Assembly: GCA_965218095.1 (NCBI GenBank)
Contig: OZ244587.1
Span: forward strand, 1,312,001 to 1,376,000
DNA from: Candidatus Poribacteria bacterium
Lineage (GTDB): Bacteria; Poribacteria; WGA-4E; PCPOR2b
Length of the DNA stretch: 64,000 nt
Direction: 5' to 3'
A program made the position numbers and the translations under genes. Position 1 is the first letter of the stretch; the number at the start of each line of letters is the position of its first letter. This document shows positions 31,901 to 40,411 of the stretch, in pieces. The notes below the pieces were generated by a model. The model made no database searches, was not told the DNA's origin, and worked only from the letters and a program-made list of their open reading frames with translations.

Positions 31901-32243
31901 ACCAGGCAGTCGCCGTGCCGCGAACAGCGTCTAAACGCAGTGGACTGTCCGGATAGTCGATTTGGATCTGTTTGTAGTGCTGGATTGCCTCGTCATATTC
32001 CTTGAGTTGCAGTGCGCATTCACCTATGAGAAAACGTGCATCGTCGGCATCTTCGCTCTGCGGGTAGTTTTGGATGAATGCCTTAAGCGGATCTTTTGCA
32101 ATGAAGTAGGCGCCAGTTTGGAATAGATTGTAAGCAAAAGCATATTCTTCACGCTCTCCCGCAACCGCAGGGGAAATTGCGCATCTGATCGTTGAAATGA
32201 TGACTAGTATTTTGCAAAATGAGGACACTGTTTGACGTGTCAC
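28953..32243 (-). CDS. Very large periplasmic TPR protein (CpoB/YbgF-type repeats)
   Basis: >20 repeats of A.Y.IG..Y.....Y..AI..Y..V...YP.S; GTG start with GGAGGT SD and signal peptide. Confidence 0.88.
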   Translation of the reverse strand: MTRQTVSSFCKILVIISTIRCAISPAVAGEREEYAFAYNLFQTGAYFIAKDPLKAFIQNYPQSEDADDARFLIGECALQLKEYDEAIQHYKQIQIDYPDSPLRLDAVRGTATAWFHQGRYEEAIKAYEKIVQQSDDACVTSHSLYLIGESYDNLGLYQKSGEYYDQVLTKYPQSSEAPDALYAKGWSLYRLKKYQAAHDGLTKFVEVHPTHYAVPEAFYRAAESLFNLGNWAKAQDAYQKVINAYQNDSQHQQFAIDAQFRLGECYFQQKLMEEAKNAFDLLLRQHGTSPIAAEAQYWIGEVLLEQKKYPEAIHEYQKVVNLYPRSEVVDDAQYGIAMVNFLQGDYAKARVEFKVVADNRRSDLADAARFRMGECFRLQREFNSAILNYKKVKPKSAYGDDALYGKATSAFELKDYPQTIDALNELLQSHPASSLKPYAFYQLGFAYFNQKAYQKSSQAFDRFLAENRNANRETAPVDEALFWKARARFELEDYPGTLQTCEQLLQGFPNSRLRYRAKFFIAESTYWSEQTSEVFQSARRKYQALLSEQPRGAWAEKCRYGIGWTHFSEATLSKNSPDQQKHYREAVKAWKEVLANHQQGDLADKTQYHIGIAYVNLKHYDNGIGAFDQVISGYPGSSWQDNARYQIGWTLYKQEKYPEAITAFNKMLNKHPGSQLVPKAIFGVANAYFKQGKFAQSIKEYQRVVDKYPNPIREAGAEKVVDLRPEAQYYIAESFYNLQNYTEAIRAYEKVIQHHPKSEWADDAQHGIATAYENSGQKEKAIEMYRTLIQKYPNRELTPDVQIQIGRFYYEDKDYKRAIAEFQNAINQYPNTPSAWLAQYNIGKCYIALGSYRQAIAAFERIDPRSEFAPTAAYEIGYAWYDTNNPNRNLGNAVKALLEVPEKYPKSSDVLRALILAGLCYQELVQWDKAIEVYRRILDDHPDSKQAEFAQLALGDTYRAQKKYPEAIKAYDVIREKGTERYPVDVVIDGVIRLAETQALMGKHNDAGATYLRVRILYKDHDPFRALQATVYAADAFAKAGDTLAQAAYTHQAKDEYENAIKFYESNVQQIEDAGERKKWDRLHEVAKSKLQQLFK

Positions 32244-32283
32244 TGCCCCACCTCCCAGACCTTGACTGGCTTTCCAAAGGGCT

Positions 32284-32312
32284 ATTATATCATTGTCTAC
32301 TACTGTTTTCAA
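32284..32312 (-). promoter_or_regulatory. Sigma70 promoter for TPR-barrel-exbB-tonB operon
   Basis: TTGAAA-17 nt-TATAAT with extended -10 TGn. Confidence 0.65.
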
Positions 32313-32446
32313 GCCTTTTTTAGGAATCTCAAAACGCACCGGAGAAAGGGTTTGACAGGGATAGAAGGTAAGAGGAGAATGTGAAGGGAGTTCTTATACC
32401 GAATTCGGATTGGTTTTTCCCCTGGATCGAAAGGAAGAAATGGAGT

Positions 32447-32490
32447 TGGGTGGAGCGTAACGTGACTGTGTTCACGTTACGCTCCGCCCG
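32447..32490. terminator. Strong hairpin, probable terminator or processing stem
   Basis: GGGTGGAGCGTAACGTGA-ctgtgt-TCACGTTACGCTCCGCCC, 18-bp stem. Confidence 0.55.
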
Positions 32491-32717
32491 ACGGAAGGAA
32501 AGGAAGGAGAAGCCGTTGGCACTACCAAGGCTTGCAATCCAATTCTCTATCGCCTCTCCAACAAATGGGAAATTTCAAACCAAATGTCAACAAAACCTAG
32601 TGATCAGGTCAAGTGTTCATTCGTTCAGGTTGAGTGAAGCGAGATTCTGATCGGTCGGAATGCACGCAGCGGGAAGTTCAGTGAACCGGTGAATCCATCG
32701 GTATATTCGTCAATTCG

Positions 32718-33716
32718 CTAACTTGCCGAATCGCCGATACGTTCATTCGCCGAATCACTGGTTTCCTGATTCTCCGTGGCTTCTTGCTGGATCTCCTCTT
32801 TTAAGGTTTCGAGTGGATGCTTTTTACGTTTCATGGGCACGACTTTTTCTTCGCGCAATGTCTCCATATCGGTGTAGGGGTCATAACTCTCTACAAAGCG
32901 CCCATCGCGGAACAGCGTTACCTCACTGGTTTCCTCGCTAACCACAATTGCCGCCATTATTTCATCAAGCGATGAAGCGTAGATCGCAGCATTGTGTCTC
33001 GCACTTCCTTTCTGCAGAGGCTCCACTTTGTCGTATACTCGATGGGTTCGCACGCCCTCCACCATAATACGAGATCTAAAAGCCATTCCCCTCAAATCGA
33101 CAAGCAGCACGCCATCCCGTTCCTCGTGCCCAGTGATCTTGCCGCCTTCATCTTTCAAAATCACCTTTTCTCCCATATAACTAAACACTTCATCGATTTT
33201 AGAAGAAAAAATCTGAGGCGCCTGATCCGTGTCTTGATATTGGCTTTGCATCAGGTGTTCAGTCTGCCCCTCGTAGAATTCCGAGAAATTTGCATCGACC
33301 ATATTTCGGCGATCAACAAGCAACAAAAAAAGTCCACGATTCTCTCTCATCTTCTTGTTTGCCCGGGCGAAGTGTTTTGCCAATGCGTACAGTTTATCGA
33401 TATACAACCCAATGAGGTCTAATCGGTCTGCCCAGAGTTTTTCAATTTGCGCTCGGCTGATGCCGAGCTCATCGGCGAGTCCGTCTATACCTTCAGAGAT
33501 GTGTTGCTGCAGCTGTTCAAATCTCTTAGAAGTTTGTTCAAGCGCTTCCAATTGCTGCTTGAGCTCTGAGGTTTCTCTTGCGTACTCCGCTTCGCGGCGG
33601 TTTTTTTCTTTTTCCAGATTCTTGAAGTTATTCTCAAGCTGTTCACGTTGGTGACGTAGGGATTGCTGTTCATTAAGCATTCGTTGGTATCGTCTTCGGC
33701 TTAAAATCTTAAACAT
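32718..33716 (-). CDS. Diadenylate cyclase (DisA_N/DAC) domain protein with N-terminal coiled coil
   Basis: RDGVLLVD (DGA variant), GSARHNAA (RHR variant), AIVVSEETSEVTLFRDG; AAGGAG SD. Confidence 0.72.
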   Translation of the reverse strand: MFKILSRRRYQRMLNEQQSLRHQREQLENNFKNLEKEKNRREAEYARETSELKQQLEALEQTSKRFEQLQQHISEGIDGLADELGISRAQIEKLWADRLDLIGLYIDKLYALAKHFARANKKMRENRGLFLLLVDRRNMVDANFSEFYEGQTEHLMQSQYQDTDQAPQIFSSKIDEVFSYMGEKVILKDEGGKITGHEERDGVLLVDLRGMAFRSRIMVEGVRTHRVYDKVEPLQKGSARHNAAIYASSLDEIMAAIVVSEETSEVTLFRDGRFVESYDPYTDMETLREEKVVPMKRKKHPLETLKEEIQQEATENQETSDSANERIGDSAS

Positions 33717-33757
33717 CTACTCATCTCCTTTTACCGATTTGGTTGAATATTGAACCG

Positions 33758-35455
33758 CTAATCTATTTGCTCCCTCGCCTTGCGCGCTTTCTGAAACAGA
33801 TATGCTCCGGAAACTAGTACTCCAATTAATACGACGAAGACACCGATGTTAATCAAGCGATTCCCAAAATTGAGTTTCCCTAATCTTTTTGTCGCCAGTT
33901 GATATTCTGGGGAACCTTTCGCTGCCTTCAATTTCACCTGCGTCCAGTACACTTTAGATTCTTCCCACAGATTAAGTGTATCTGCCAGTTTTGCTGTTGT
34001 GACAATATACGCGATATTTTGCACATCCACTCTCTTGACGACTGCCGAAAAAGAATCGAAAAGCATTTTCGTAAACTCAGGAGACATCGGTGGGAAGTCA
34101 GTGGTTTCCTCAATACCATTTTGAAAAGCGGCGATTGCTCCTTCGTGTGCTTTCCGATTAAACCGCATCTGGGCAACCTCGAACCACGTTTTTTTGGTAA
34201 GGATCAAATCTCGCTGGAGGGATTCGTGTGGAGCGAGCGTAAAAACTGCCGCTGCGTAATAGAGGTCGCCGCTTTCAGCACGCAGCGTGTATGCTTTACC
34301 CGGCGCTAACACTTTTGTATCAGATCGACCTTCACCAAATACAACACGAGTGATGTTGGCAGGAAGTCGATATTGAGCGTCCGCCCCAAGGCGCCGGCTA
34401 TTCCGTTCATATTCCGTTCCATCAACCGACACCGTCGCCCCTTCAAGGGGGACGCCATCGGAGACTTTGACCCTGCCGTAAACGACGATGGATTCCAAAT
34501 CCCACGAGAGATTAATTGCCTCCCCCTGAACCAGTTCAATTTGTACAGAACGAGCGCGTGGGATGAGGTATCCCGGCTTTCTGACTTCTACTTGGTATGT
34601 TCCACGGTCGAGGTTATCAATAAGGCGCTGCGGCGTTGTCCCAATCTCTTGCTTGCTGAGAAAAACTGATGCGCCATCAGGCACGCTAACAACCTTGAGC
34701 ATTGGGCTTAATTTCAGGACGGTTGATTCAAACTCCCCCGTCGGCACTAAAATGCCCTCCGTGAGTCGTGAAGCGCTATCTTCAGAAATTGTCAAATTGA
34801 GGCGCCTGTGGAGTTCTGCAATGGAGATTTGCCGATTATCATCAAGATCGGTTGCATCGTTTTTGAGCATCGCCAATAGATTTTGCGCAAACAGATCTTC
34901 ATCGCTTAAAGCTGCACGCTGAATCGATATGAACGCTCCGGCCCCAAGCAGTTCGCGATTGGCGTAAAAAGCCATCAAATTCCGATCTCTTGTGTAGGTA
35001 TCAAGAATGACAATCACTGAATTGCGGGACAATTCATGGAACCAACGATTCAGTTGTCGGTCTTTGAGCGCATTCGCTAAGTTCTCCGATGGCGCCCCGT
35101 ATGTTAGAAAGAAGATTGAATTCGATCTCTTGGGTTTGGTGACAAAACCGCGGAAGTAGAAAATGAGCCGATCTCCCTGTCCCATCCTGCGGGCAAAGCT
35201 ATCCAGGGCAATTTTAATGCCGTTGTGGGTGCATTCATTCCCTTCGATCCGATGGATTTGCTTCGGCGGGATGCTCCCGCGTTCTTTCAGAACGCTGACC
35301 AGTGAATCGAGATTGCTTTGAGCGCGAGCGTCAGTATCAGGACTAACAATCAACCACCAGGCTGTTGTATCGACAAGTTGAGCTTGTATCGGCGAAGCCG
35401 TGATAAGCGAAAACCCAATGAAAAGTACGATAAATACTGGAATTTGTTTCATCAT
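33758..35455 (-). CDS. Exported membrane-anchored protein: degenerate caspase-like (C14) domain, PEGA, Ig-like domain, C-terminal TM
   Basis: GDRLIFYFRGF and VIVILDTY in place of FYFSGHG/ILDAC; ATDLDDNRQISIAEL; PEGA motif VVSVPDGASV...IGTTP...GTYQVEVRKPGY. Confidence 0.7.
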   Translation of the reverse strand: MMKQIPVFIVLFIGFSLITASPIQAQLVDTTAWWLIVSPDTDARAQSNLDSLVSVLKERGSIPPKQIHRIEGNECTHNGIKIALDSFARRMGQGDRLIFYFRGFVTKPKRSNSIFFLTYGAPSENLANALKDRQLNRWFHELSRNSVIVILDTYTRDRNLMAFYANRELLGAGAFISIQRAALSDEDLFAQNLLAMLKNDATDLDDNRQISIAELHRRLNLTISEDSASRLTEGILVPTGEFESTVLKLSPMLKVVSVPDGASVFLSKQEIGTTPQRLIDNLDRGTYQVEVRKPGYLIPRARSVQIELVQGEAINLSWDLESIVVYGRVKVSDGVPLEGATVSVDGTEYERNSRRLGADAQYRLPANITRVVFGEGRSDTKVLAPGKAYTLRAESGDLYYAAAVFTLAPHESLQRDLILTKKTWFEVAQMRFNRKAHEGAIAAFQNGIEETTDFPPMSPEFTKMLFDSFSAVVKRVDVQNIAYIVTTAKLADTLNLWEESKVYWTQVKLKAAKGSPEYQLATKRLGKLNFGNRLINIGVFVVLIGVLVSGAYLFQKARKAREQID

Positions 35456-35748
35456 TTGAGCCATAATACTTGAAACGTAAAACGTGATACCGGTACAATT
35501 GACGCAACAACAGTTCGAATCTCACATATTGCCCCATCTGTCGACTGCCAAACGCAGCTTCATTTCCCTAATTCCACTGTACAAAATCTTTAACTATATC
35601 CTCTACCTGCTACCTGCTATACACCGGCTGTCAATCGAAGCAATTGCCCATTGACACATGCGCAGATAACCCAGAAAAGTTTCAACCGGTTCCCCCTGAA
35701 CTCACTTTCTTCCTTCATCCTTCCTTTTCTTCCAATTTCCCTATTTCC

Positions 35749-35877
35749 TCATTTCCTCGTTTGCTTCATATCTTCATGGATCTCGGAAAGAAACTGCTCC
35801 GTCAGCACATGTACGCACTCCTGTGCTGCTGCTTCCACTGCCTTTCGGTGCTTATCATTCTGTTTTCTACTGCTCAT
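35749..35877 (-). CDS. Small hypothetical protein (42 aa)
   Basis: GAGGAAGG upstream of ATG; MSSRKQNDKHRKAVEAAAQECVHVLTEQFLSEIHEDMKQTRK. Confidence 0.35.
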   Translation of the reverse strand: MSSRKQNDKHRKAVEAAAQECVHVLTEQFLSEIHEDMKQTRK

Positions 35878-36062
35878 TTCCCAACCTTCCTCTTACAGGA
35901 ATTGGACTATAGAGTTAAGTGTAGCAGAAACTGTGAAGTGTTGCAAGTAAAAATTGGCGCTCCCATAAACCAGTCGAAGATTTTGGCCGCATCCATTGAA
36001 TTTCACGAACATCTTTTGACTTCAGAATGTCTAATACATCTGCGAAACCGCTCAATTTGGAC

Positions 36063-36091
36063 TTGACACAAAAGTGGAATTTTGCTAAACT
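36063..36091 (+). promoter_or_regulatory. Sigma70-like promoter
   Basis: TTGACA-17 nt-TAAACT, extended TGn. Confidence 0.6.
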
Positions 36092-36202
36092 CTGCCCCGT
36101 GCTTTCTGGAGTACCTAGACGCACGCCGCAAAAACGATCGTGCCCCGGGGGACAATGTCTACATTTCCAATTCTAAATCTTTATTGCATAAGGTAAATCA
36201 AT

Positions 36203-38452
36203 ATGCCCAGTGTAACCATCCACATCGGCAAACGCCTCAATCCACTTGAACAACGTGCGGTCAAAGAACTTCAGCACTACAGCCGGACGTTGTTCGGCTG
36301 CGTGCCGGAAGTTTCCAGGTGTCCGTTGAAAGGGGAACGCACCCGCGCCGGACATGCCATCGTGCTCGGCACTCGTCAATCCAATTCAGCCTTCGCGTCC
36401 TTCAAACCCCTTGCTGAGCAGGAGTACATCATTCGCCGCAGGTCCGCTCACCGCCTCGATATCTGTGGTGGTTCACCAGTGGCCGTTCTCTGGGGCGCCT
36501 ACGAAGTCATTGAGCATTGGGGCGTCAGTTATCTGGTGCAGGGCGATGTTCTTCCTGACATGGAGAAAGTCGGGCCATTTCGTTTCCCGAAGCTGGATGT
36601 GCATCGCAAGCCGGTCTTCGAAACTCGCGCCGCCCGCATCCTCGGCGACATGATCAACACCATGGCCCTGGGCAGCCTGGCAGACCATGAAAGACTTTTC
36701 GATCAGCTCTGCAAGTTGCGCTTCAACGCAGTGGTGGCTGGCGGGAACTCTTTCAACCCCTGGTATCACTGGTCGTACCGTGGTCTTGATAAGAAAACAG
36801 CGGACATCACCTACGGTTTTCGGCACGTCATACACCAGCGTTCCATCGGCAGGGAAGTTATCGGCCGTCTCGGCCACTACACAAACCCCGACCTTCAGGG
36901 CGCCGAGACTTACGAAGAAAAACTGGCAGCGGGCAAGCGACTGCTGCACGGCATCATTGAGGCGGCGCACAAGCGGGGTATCCGCGTCATTGTTTCACAC
37001 ACCCTCAGCGACTTCCCGGAGGAAATACAAGTTAACCTGCCACGCTGGAGTCAGAAACATTGCATCCCCCCCACTAGTATGACGCGGGATCACTTCCATA
37101 CGCTCGGACTGCAGCGAGATGGCACCGCTTATCGATTCGGCCATCTGATGACGCCGCTGAATCCGGTGTATGTGGACATGGTCGAATCCATCCTGTCCGC
37201 GTTTATAGGGGAGTATCCGGAGATGGATGGCTGGTCCCTGACCGGTCATGAGTGGCCGCCCGGCGCCGGAGGCATCGAAGAATGCTGGCACCAACTGGAT
37301 CGGCGTCATGGGCTCAGTCCAGAGTTCACTTACGAAAAGCTGATAAAAAAAGCCTCGCGTTTGAAAATCAGTGGGAGCGCCGACCGAGCCGTTCATGCAG
37401 CACAGGGTGCCATCGCGACCAGCCGGCTGCTCGACCTCATCCTCAACGAGCGCAAAGTTATCAGCAGAATACTTTCGCCAAACGTAAAACTCTATGGAGG
37501 TTTAAATGAGACCCTGATGCCTGTTCTGCCGCGCATTTTTGACAGCGAGCGGCTGGAGTTCGTCGCATCAATGGATGTGTTACCTTCGGATGTGGAACGC
37601 CGCTCCGAGTCCCTCGCGTTTGCAGCCAATACTGGCTTCAAGACACACCTAGTCACGGTCATCAACGACGATAACACCGGATTCATACCCCAGTTCACAA
37701 CGAAGATTCTTCACAAAACGGTCCGGGCGATGCGAAAGTATGGTCTTGTTGGATACCGGTTTCGGCTCTACGATATGAGCAAGTATGAGCCGATAATGGG
37801 CTACATGGCCGAAACTAGCTGGGACCGGACAGCGACACCGAAGAAGACTTACACCCGACAAATCGAGCGCATCTGCGGCGAAGCCGCTGTAGAGCCCATT
37901 CGCAAGGCTTACATGATGCTTGAAAACTGTATGGATGACGTTGATGCCAGCTTTGGCACAGGCTTCATGATGCCCACATTGATGACTCGTTTCTGGCATG
38001 GCTTTGATAAATCCGAAGCCTGGAAGAGATTGATTAAAAAGTTTGGCGCGATTGCGCCTCTCCTTGAACAGGGGGTCGAGCTCAGCGAGCCACGGGGCAA
38101 ACAATACGCGGGCGACATGCTGGCTTTTGTGCGGTTTGCTCAATTGTATCTTGAGATGGCTTTGTGCGTTCTCCAGGCCGGCAGAAGCTACAGTGCCGTG
38201 CACGAAATGAAGCGCAACTGGGACAGAAAAGAGCCCTTTGATATGGACATTTGCAACCAGCACTACGAAGAGGCCGTCCAAAGCTTGGACGAAGCTCTTG
38301 GCACTTTGGAGCAGGCCACTCACGTCTGGGCCGATACCGTGCGCGACGCCTCCGACCTCGGTTCGCTCATCGGACTTAATGTCTACGGCCTGGACTGGCT
38401 GCGCGGTAAAGCCGATGAAATCCGGTTGGAATCGGAGCTTTGGAGTATGTAA
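36203..38452 (+). CDS. Putative glycoside hydrolase with GH67/GH20-type N-terminal domain
   Basis: AVKELQHY...IVLG...EQEYII...GGSPVAVLWGAYEVIEHWG N-domain, P.F..R, TIM-barrel-like DQLCKLRFN and AHKRGIRV. Confidence 0.55.
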   Translation: MPSVTIHIGKRLNPLEQRAVKELQHYSRTLFGCVPEVSRCPLKGERTRAGHAIVLGTRQSNSAFASFKPLAEQEYIIRRRSAHRLDICGGSPVAVLWGAYEVIEHWGVSYLVQGDVLPDMEKVGPFRFPKLDVHRKPVFETRAARILGDMINTMALGSLADHERLFDQLCKLRFNAVVAGGNSFNPWYHWSYRGLDKKTADITYGFRHVIHQRSIGREVIGRLGHYTNPDLQGAETYEEKLAAGKRLLHGIIEAAHKRGIRVIVSHTLSDFPEEIQVNLPRWSQKHCIPPTSMTRDHFHTLGLQRDGTAYRFGHLMTPLNPVYVDMVESILSAFIGEYPEMDGWSLTGHEWPPGAGGIEECWHQLDRRHGLSPEFTYEKLIKKASRLKISGSADRAVHAAQGAIATSRLLDLILNERKVISRILSPNVKLYGGLNETLMPVLPRIFDSERLEFVASMDVLPSDVERRSESLAFAANTGFKTHLVTVINDDNTGFIPQFTTKILHKTVRAMRKYGLVGYRFRLYDMSKYEPIMGYMAETSWDRTATPKKTYTRQIERICGEAAVEPIRKAYMMLENCMDDVDASFGTGFMMPTLMTRFWHGFDKSEAWKRLIKKFGAIAPLLEQGVELSEPRGKQYAGDMLAFVRFAQLYLEMALCVLQAGRSYSAVHEMKRNWDRKEPFDMDICNQHYEEAVQSLDEALGTLEQATHVWADTVRDASDLGSLIGLNVYGLDWLRGKADEIRLESELWSM

Positions 38453-38484
38453 CCCCATTAGCGTTTTTCTTCAATCGGCACAAA

Positions 38485-38839
38485 TACTAAAATTTGGACA
38501 AGTGTGCTAAAGTGTCTAAAGTGAGTCAACCCACAAGGGGGAAAGTGTGAAAGTGAGAAGGAGATTAAATCTCACTTTCCCCCTTTCACACACTCTGATT
38601 TATCCCCGAAAATAAATGAAGGGGAGACATAATTGTTGTCTGAATCACGGATTAAACACACGACGCGGATTCAGAACCGATTGAACCTTCCGATAAAAAT
38701 CGGCGATTCAGACCAGAGAAGATAGGGAGAAAGTGCATCTTGTTTTTCAACTTTAGAACATTTTAGACACTTTAGATTTGGCGGCACAATCCCGTCCTAA
38801 TAAGATTCCGTTTTATCAAGAATTGTCCAAACTCTAGTA
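38485..38839. mobile_element. MITE-like element with nested inverted repeats
   Basis: TACTAAAATTTGGACAA ... TTGTCCAAACTCTAGTA (15/17 inverted match, TA-flanked); internal CTAAAGTGTCTAAA / TTTAGACACTTTAG. Confidence 0.65.
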
Positions 38840-39082
38840 GTAGTAGTATTAAGCTGCAGCATGAATAGTAAATCAGCGAATCATCAAACAAATGAATAGG
38901 CAAATCAGTTCATGAGTTGATGCGTTCATTCGCATCTTACGCATCACGCATCACATCCCATGCTCATTGTTTTTCCTTCCTATCGTCCAGCCTTCAGTTT
39001 AAACTTTCGATTCCCAATTCCGTCAAAAACCTCTGTCGAATTGACCCTAGACGAATGCGCAATAACCGTTAGGAGATGATGA

Positions 39083-40411
39083 ATGATCAGAAGGAGAATC
39101 CGGCTCGTTGTTGTTTGTGCGCTAACCCTTGGCTCTCTCACAGGAAACGCCCAAGAAGGACAAGAAATCGATCTCTCTCAGTCACTTACCCTGCAGCAGT
39201 GTATTCAACTGGCAATTGAAAATTCAACCGATATGCGGAACGCACGAATCGATACGGTGATTCAAGACTTACGTGTCAAGAATGTGCGTGCTCGCTATTA
39301 TCCAGATATCTTCCTCAATGGTCGGTATCATTTTTCGGATCAAATTGATTTTGGATTTGAGCGTGAAAACTATGACCTAGGCGTCACTGGACGGTATACG
39401 CTGTGGGACAACGGACAAAGAGAGGCAAATTTCTCGCAGACAAAGGAGAGCCGCAACGCGACAACAAGTCGTAACGAACAGACGAAACAGAACCTGATTT
39501 TTCAGGTCACGCAAGCATATTATAACGTCCTCAAAGCACAAGAACTGGTGAAAGTCGATTGGGAAATCCTGGCGAGATCCCGGGAGAATACCGATCGGGT
39601 CAGGGCTTTTGTAGAGGTGGGCAGCCAAATTGAAGCTGACATTGCGACCGCTCTGGTCAGGGAGGCAAACGATGAATTCAGCCTGCTGAATGATCAAAAC
39701 GCCCTTGAGATTGCGATGGCAAGCCTACCCAGGCTGATGGGGCTAGATTCGGGCACGTTGGTTACTGTCACTGAAGACAGCAGTTATCAACTGTACCGCC
39801 AAAAGGGACAAATTGAAGTGATAGAGATGTCCATCGAAGAAACCATCCAGAGGGCTTTTGAAACTCGTCCCGAATTTAAGGAACTCCAAGCCAGAATCAA
39901 GCAGCGAGAATGGGACTTGACACTGATAAAATTGGAACGTTGGCCCCAATTAAATGCGACATACAGTTACAATATCAATCTTGATGATTACCTCTATAAA
40001 CGCGAGAATTTCACGAATTTCCGGAGTTGGGATGTCACAACCACATTGAGTTTCCCAATCTTTGATGGCGGCGTTACCAAGCGGCGTGTCCAAGAGGCAG
40101 AGTTGACTCTTGAACAGGCCCGTGAAGATGCCAGTGATCTGGAGCGATCTATCGCGTTAGAGGTGCGCCAAGCCTACCTCAACCGGAAGCGGGCGGAAAC
40201 AGCGGTGCAGATTTCCAACACTCAAGTCCGAAACGCTGAGTTGAGCCTTAAGGTAATCAGAGGCCGTTTTGAGCAAGAACTCTCCATCCTGCTGGAACTT
40301 CTCAATGCCCAAACTGAGTTTGCGCAAGCCTTGACCAATCAAGTTCGCGCTTTTTATGACTATAAAATCGCGCAAGCCGCTTTGCAGCGGGGGATGGGAG
40401 TTATCCAATGA
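39083..40411 (+). CDS. TolC family outer-membrane efflux protein
   Basis: LTLQQCIQLAIEN, VTQAYYNVL, LSFPIFDGG, EVRQAY, LELLNAQ. Confidence 0.92.
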   Translation: MIRRRIRLVVVCALTLGSLTGNAQEGQEIDLSQSLTLQQCIQLAIENSTDMRNARIDTVIQDLRVKNVRARYYPDIFLNGRYHFSDQIDFGFERENYDLGVTGRYTLWDNGQREANFSQTKESRNATTSRNEQTKQNLIFQVTQAYYNVLKAQELVKVDWEILARSRENTDRVRAFVEVGSQIEADIATALVREANDEFSLLNDQNALEIAMASLPRLMGLDSGTLVTVTEDSSYQLYRQKGQIEVIEMSIEETIQRAFETRPEFKELQARIKQREWDLTLIKLERWPQLNATYSYNINLDDYLYKRENFTNFRSWDVTTTLSFPIFDGGVTKRRVQEAELTLEQAREDASDLERSIALEVRQAYLNRKRAETAVQISNTQVRNAELSLKVIRGRFEQELSILLELLNAQTEFAQALTNQVRAFYDYKIAQAALQRGMGVIQ

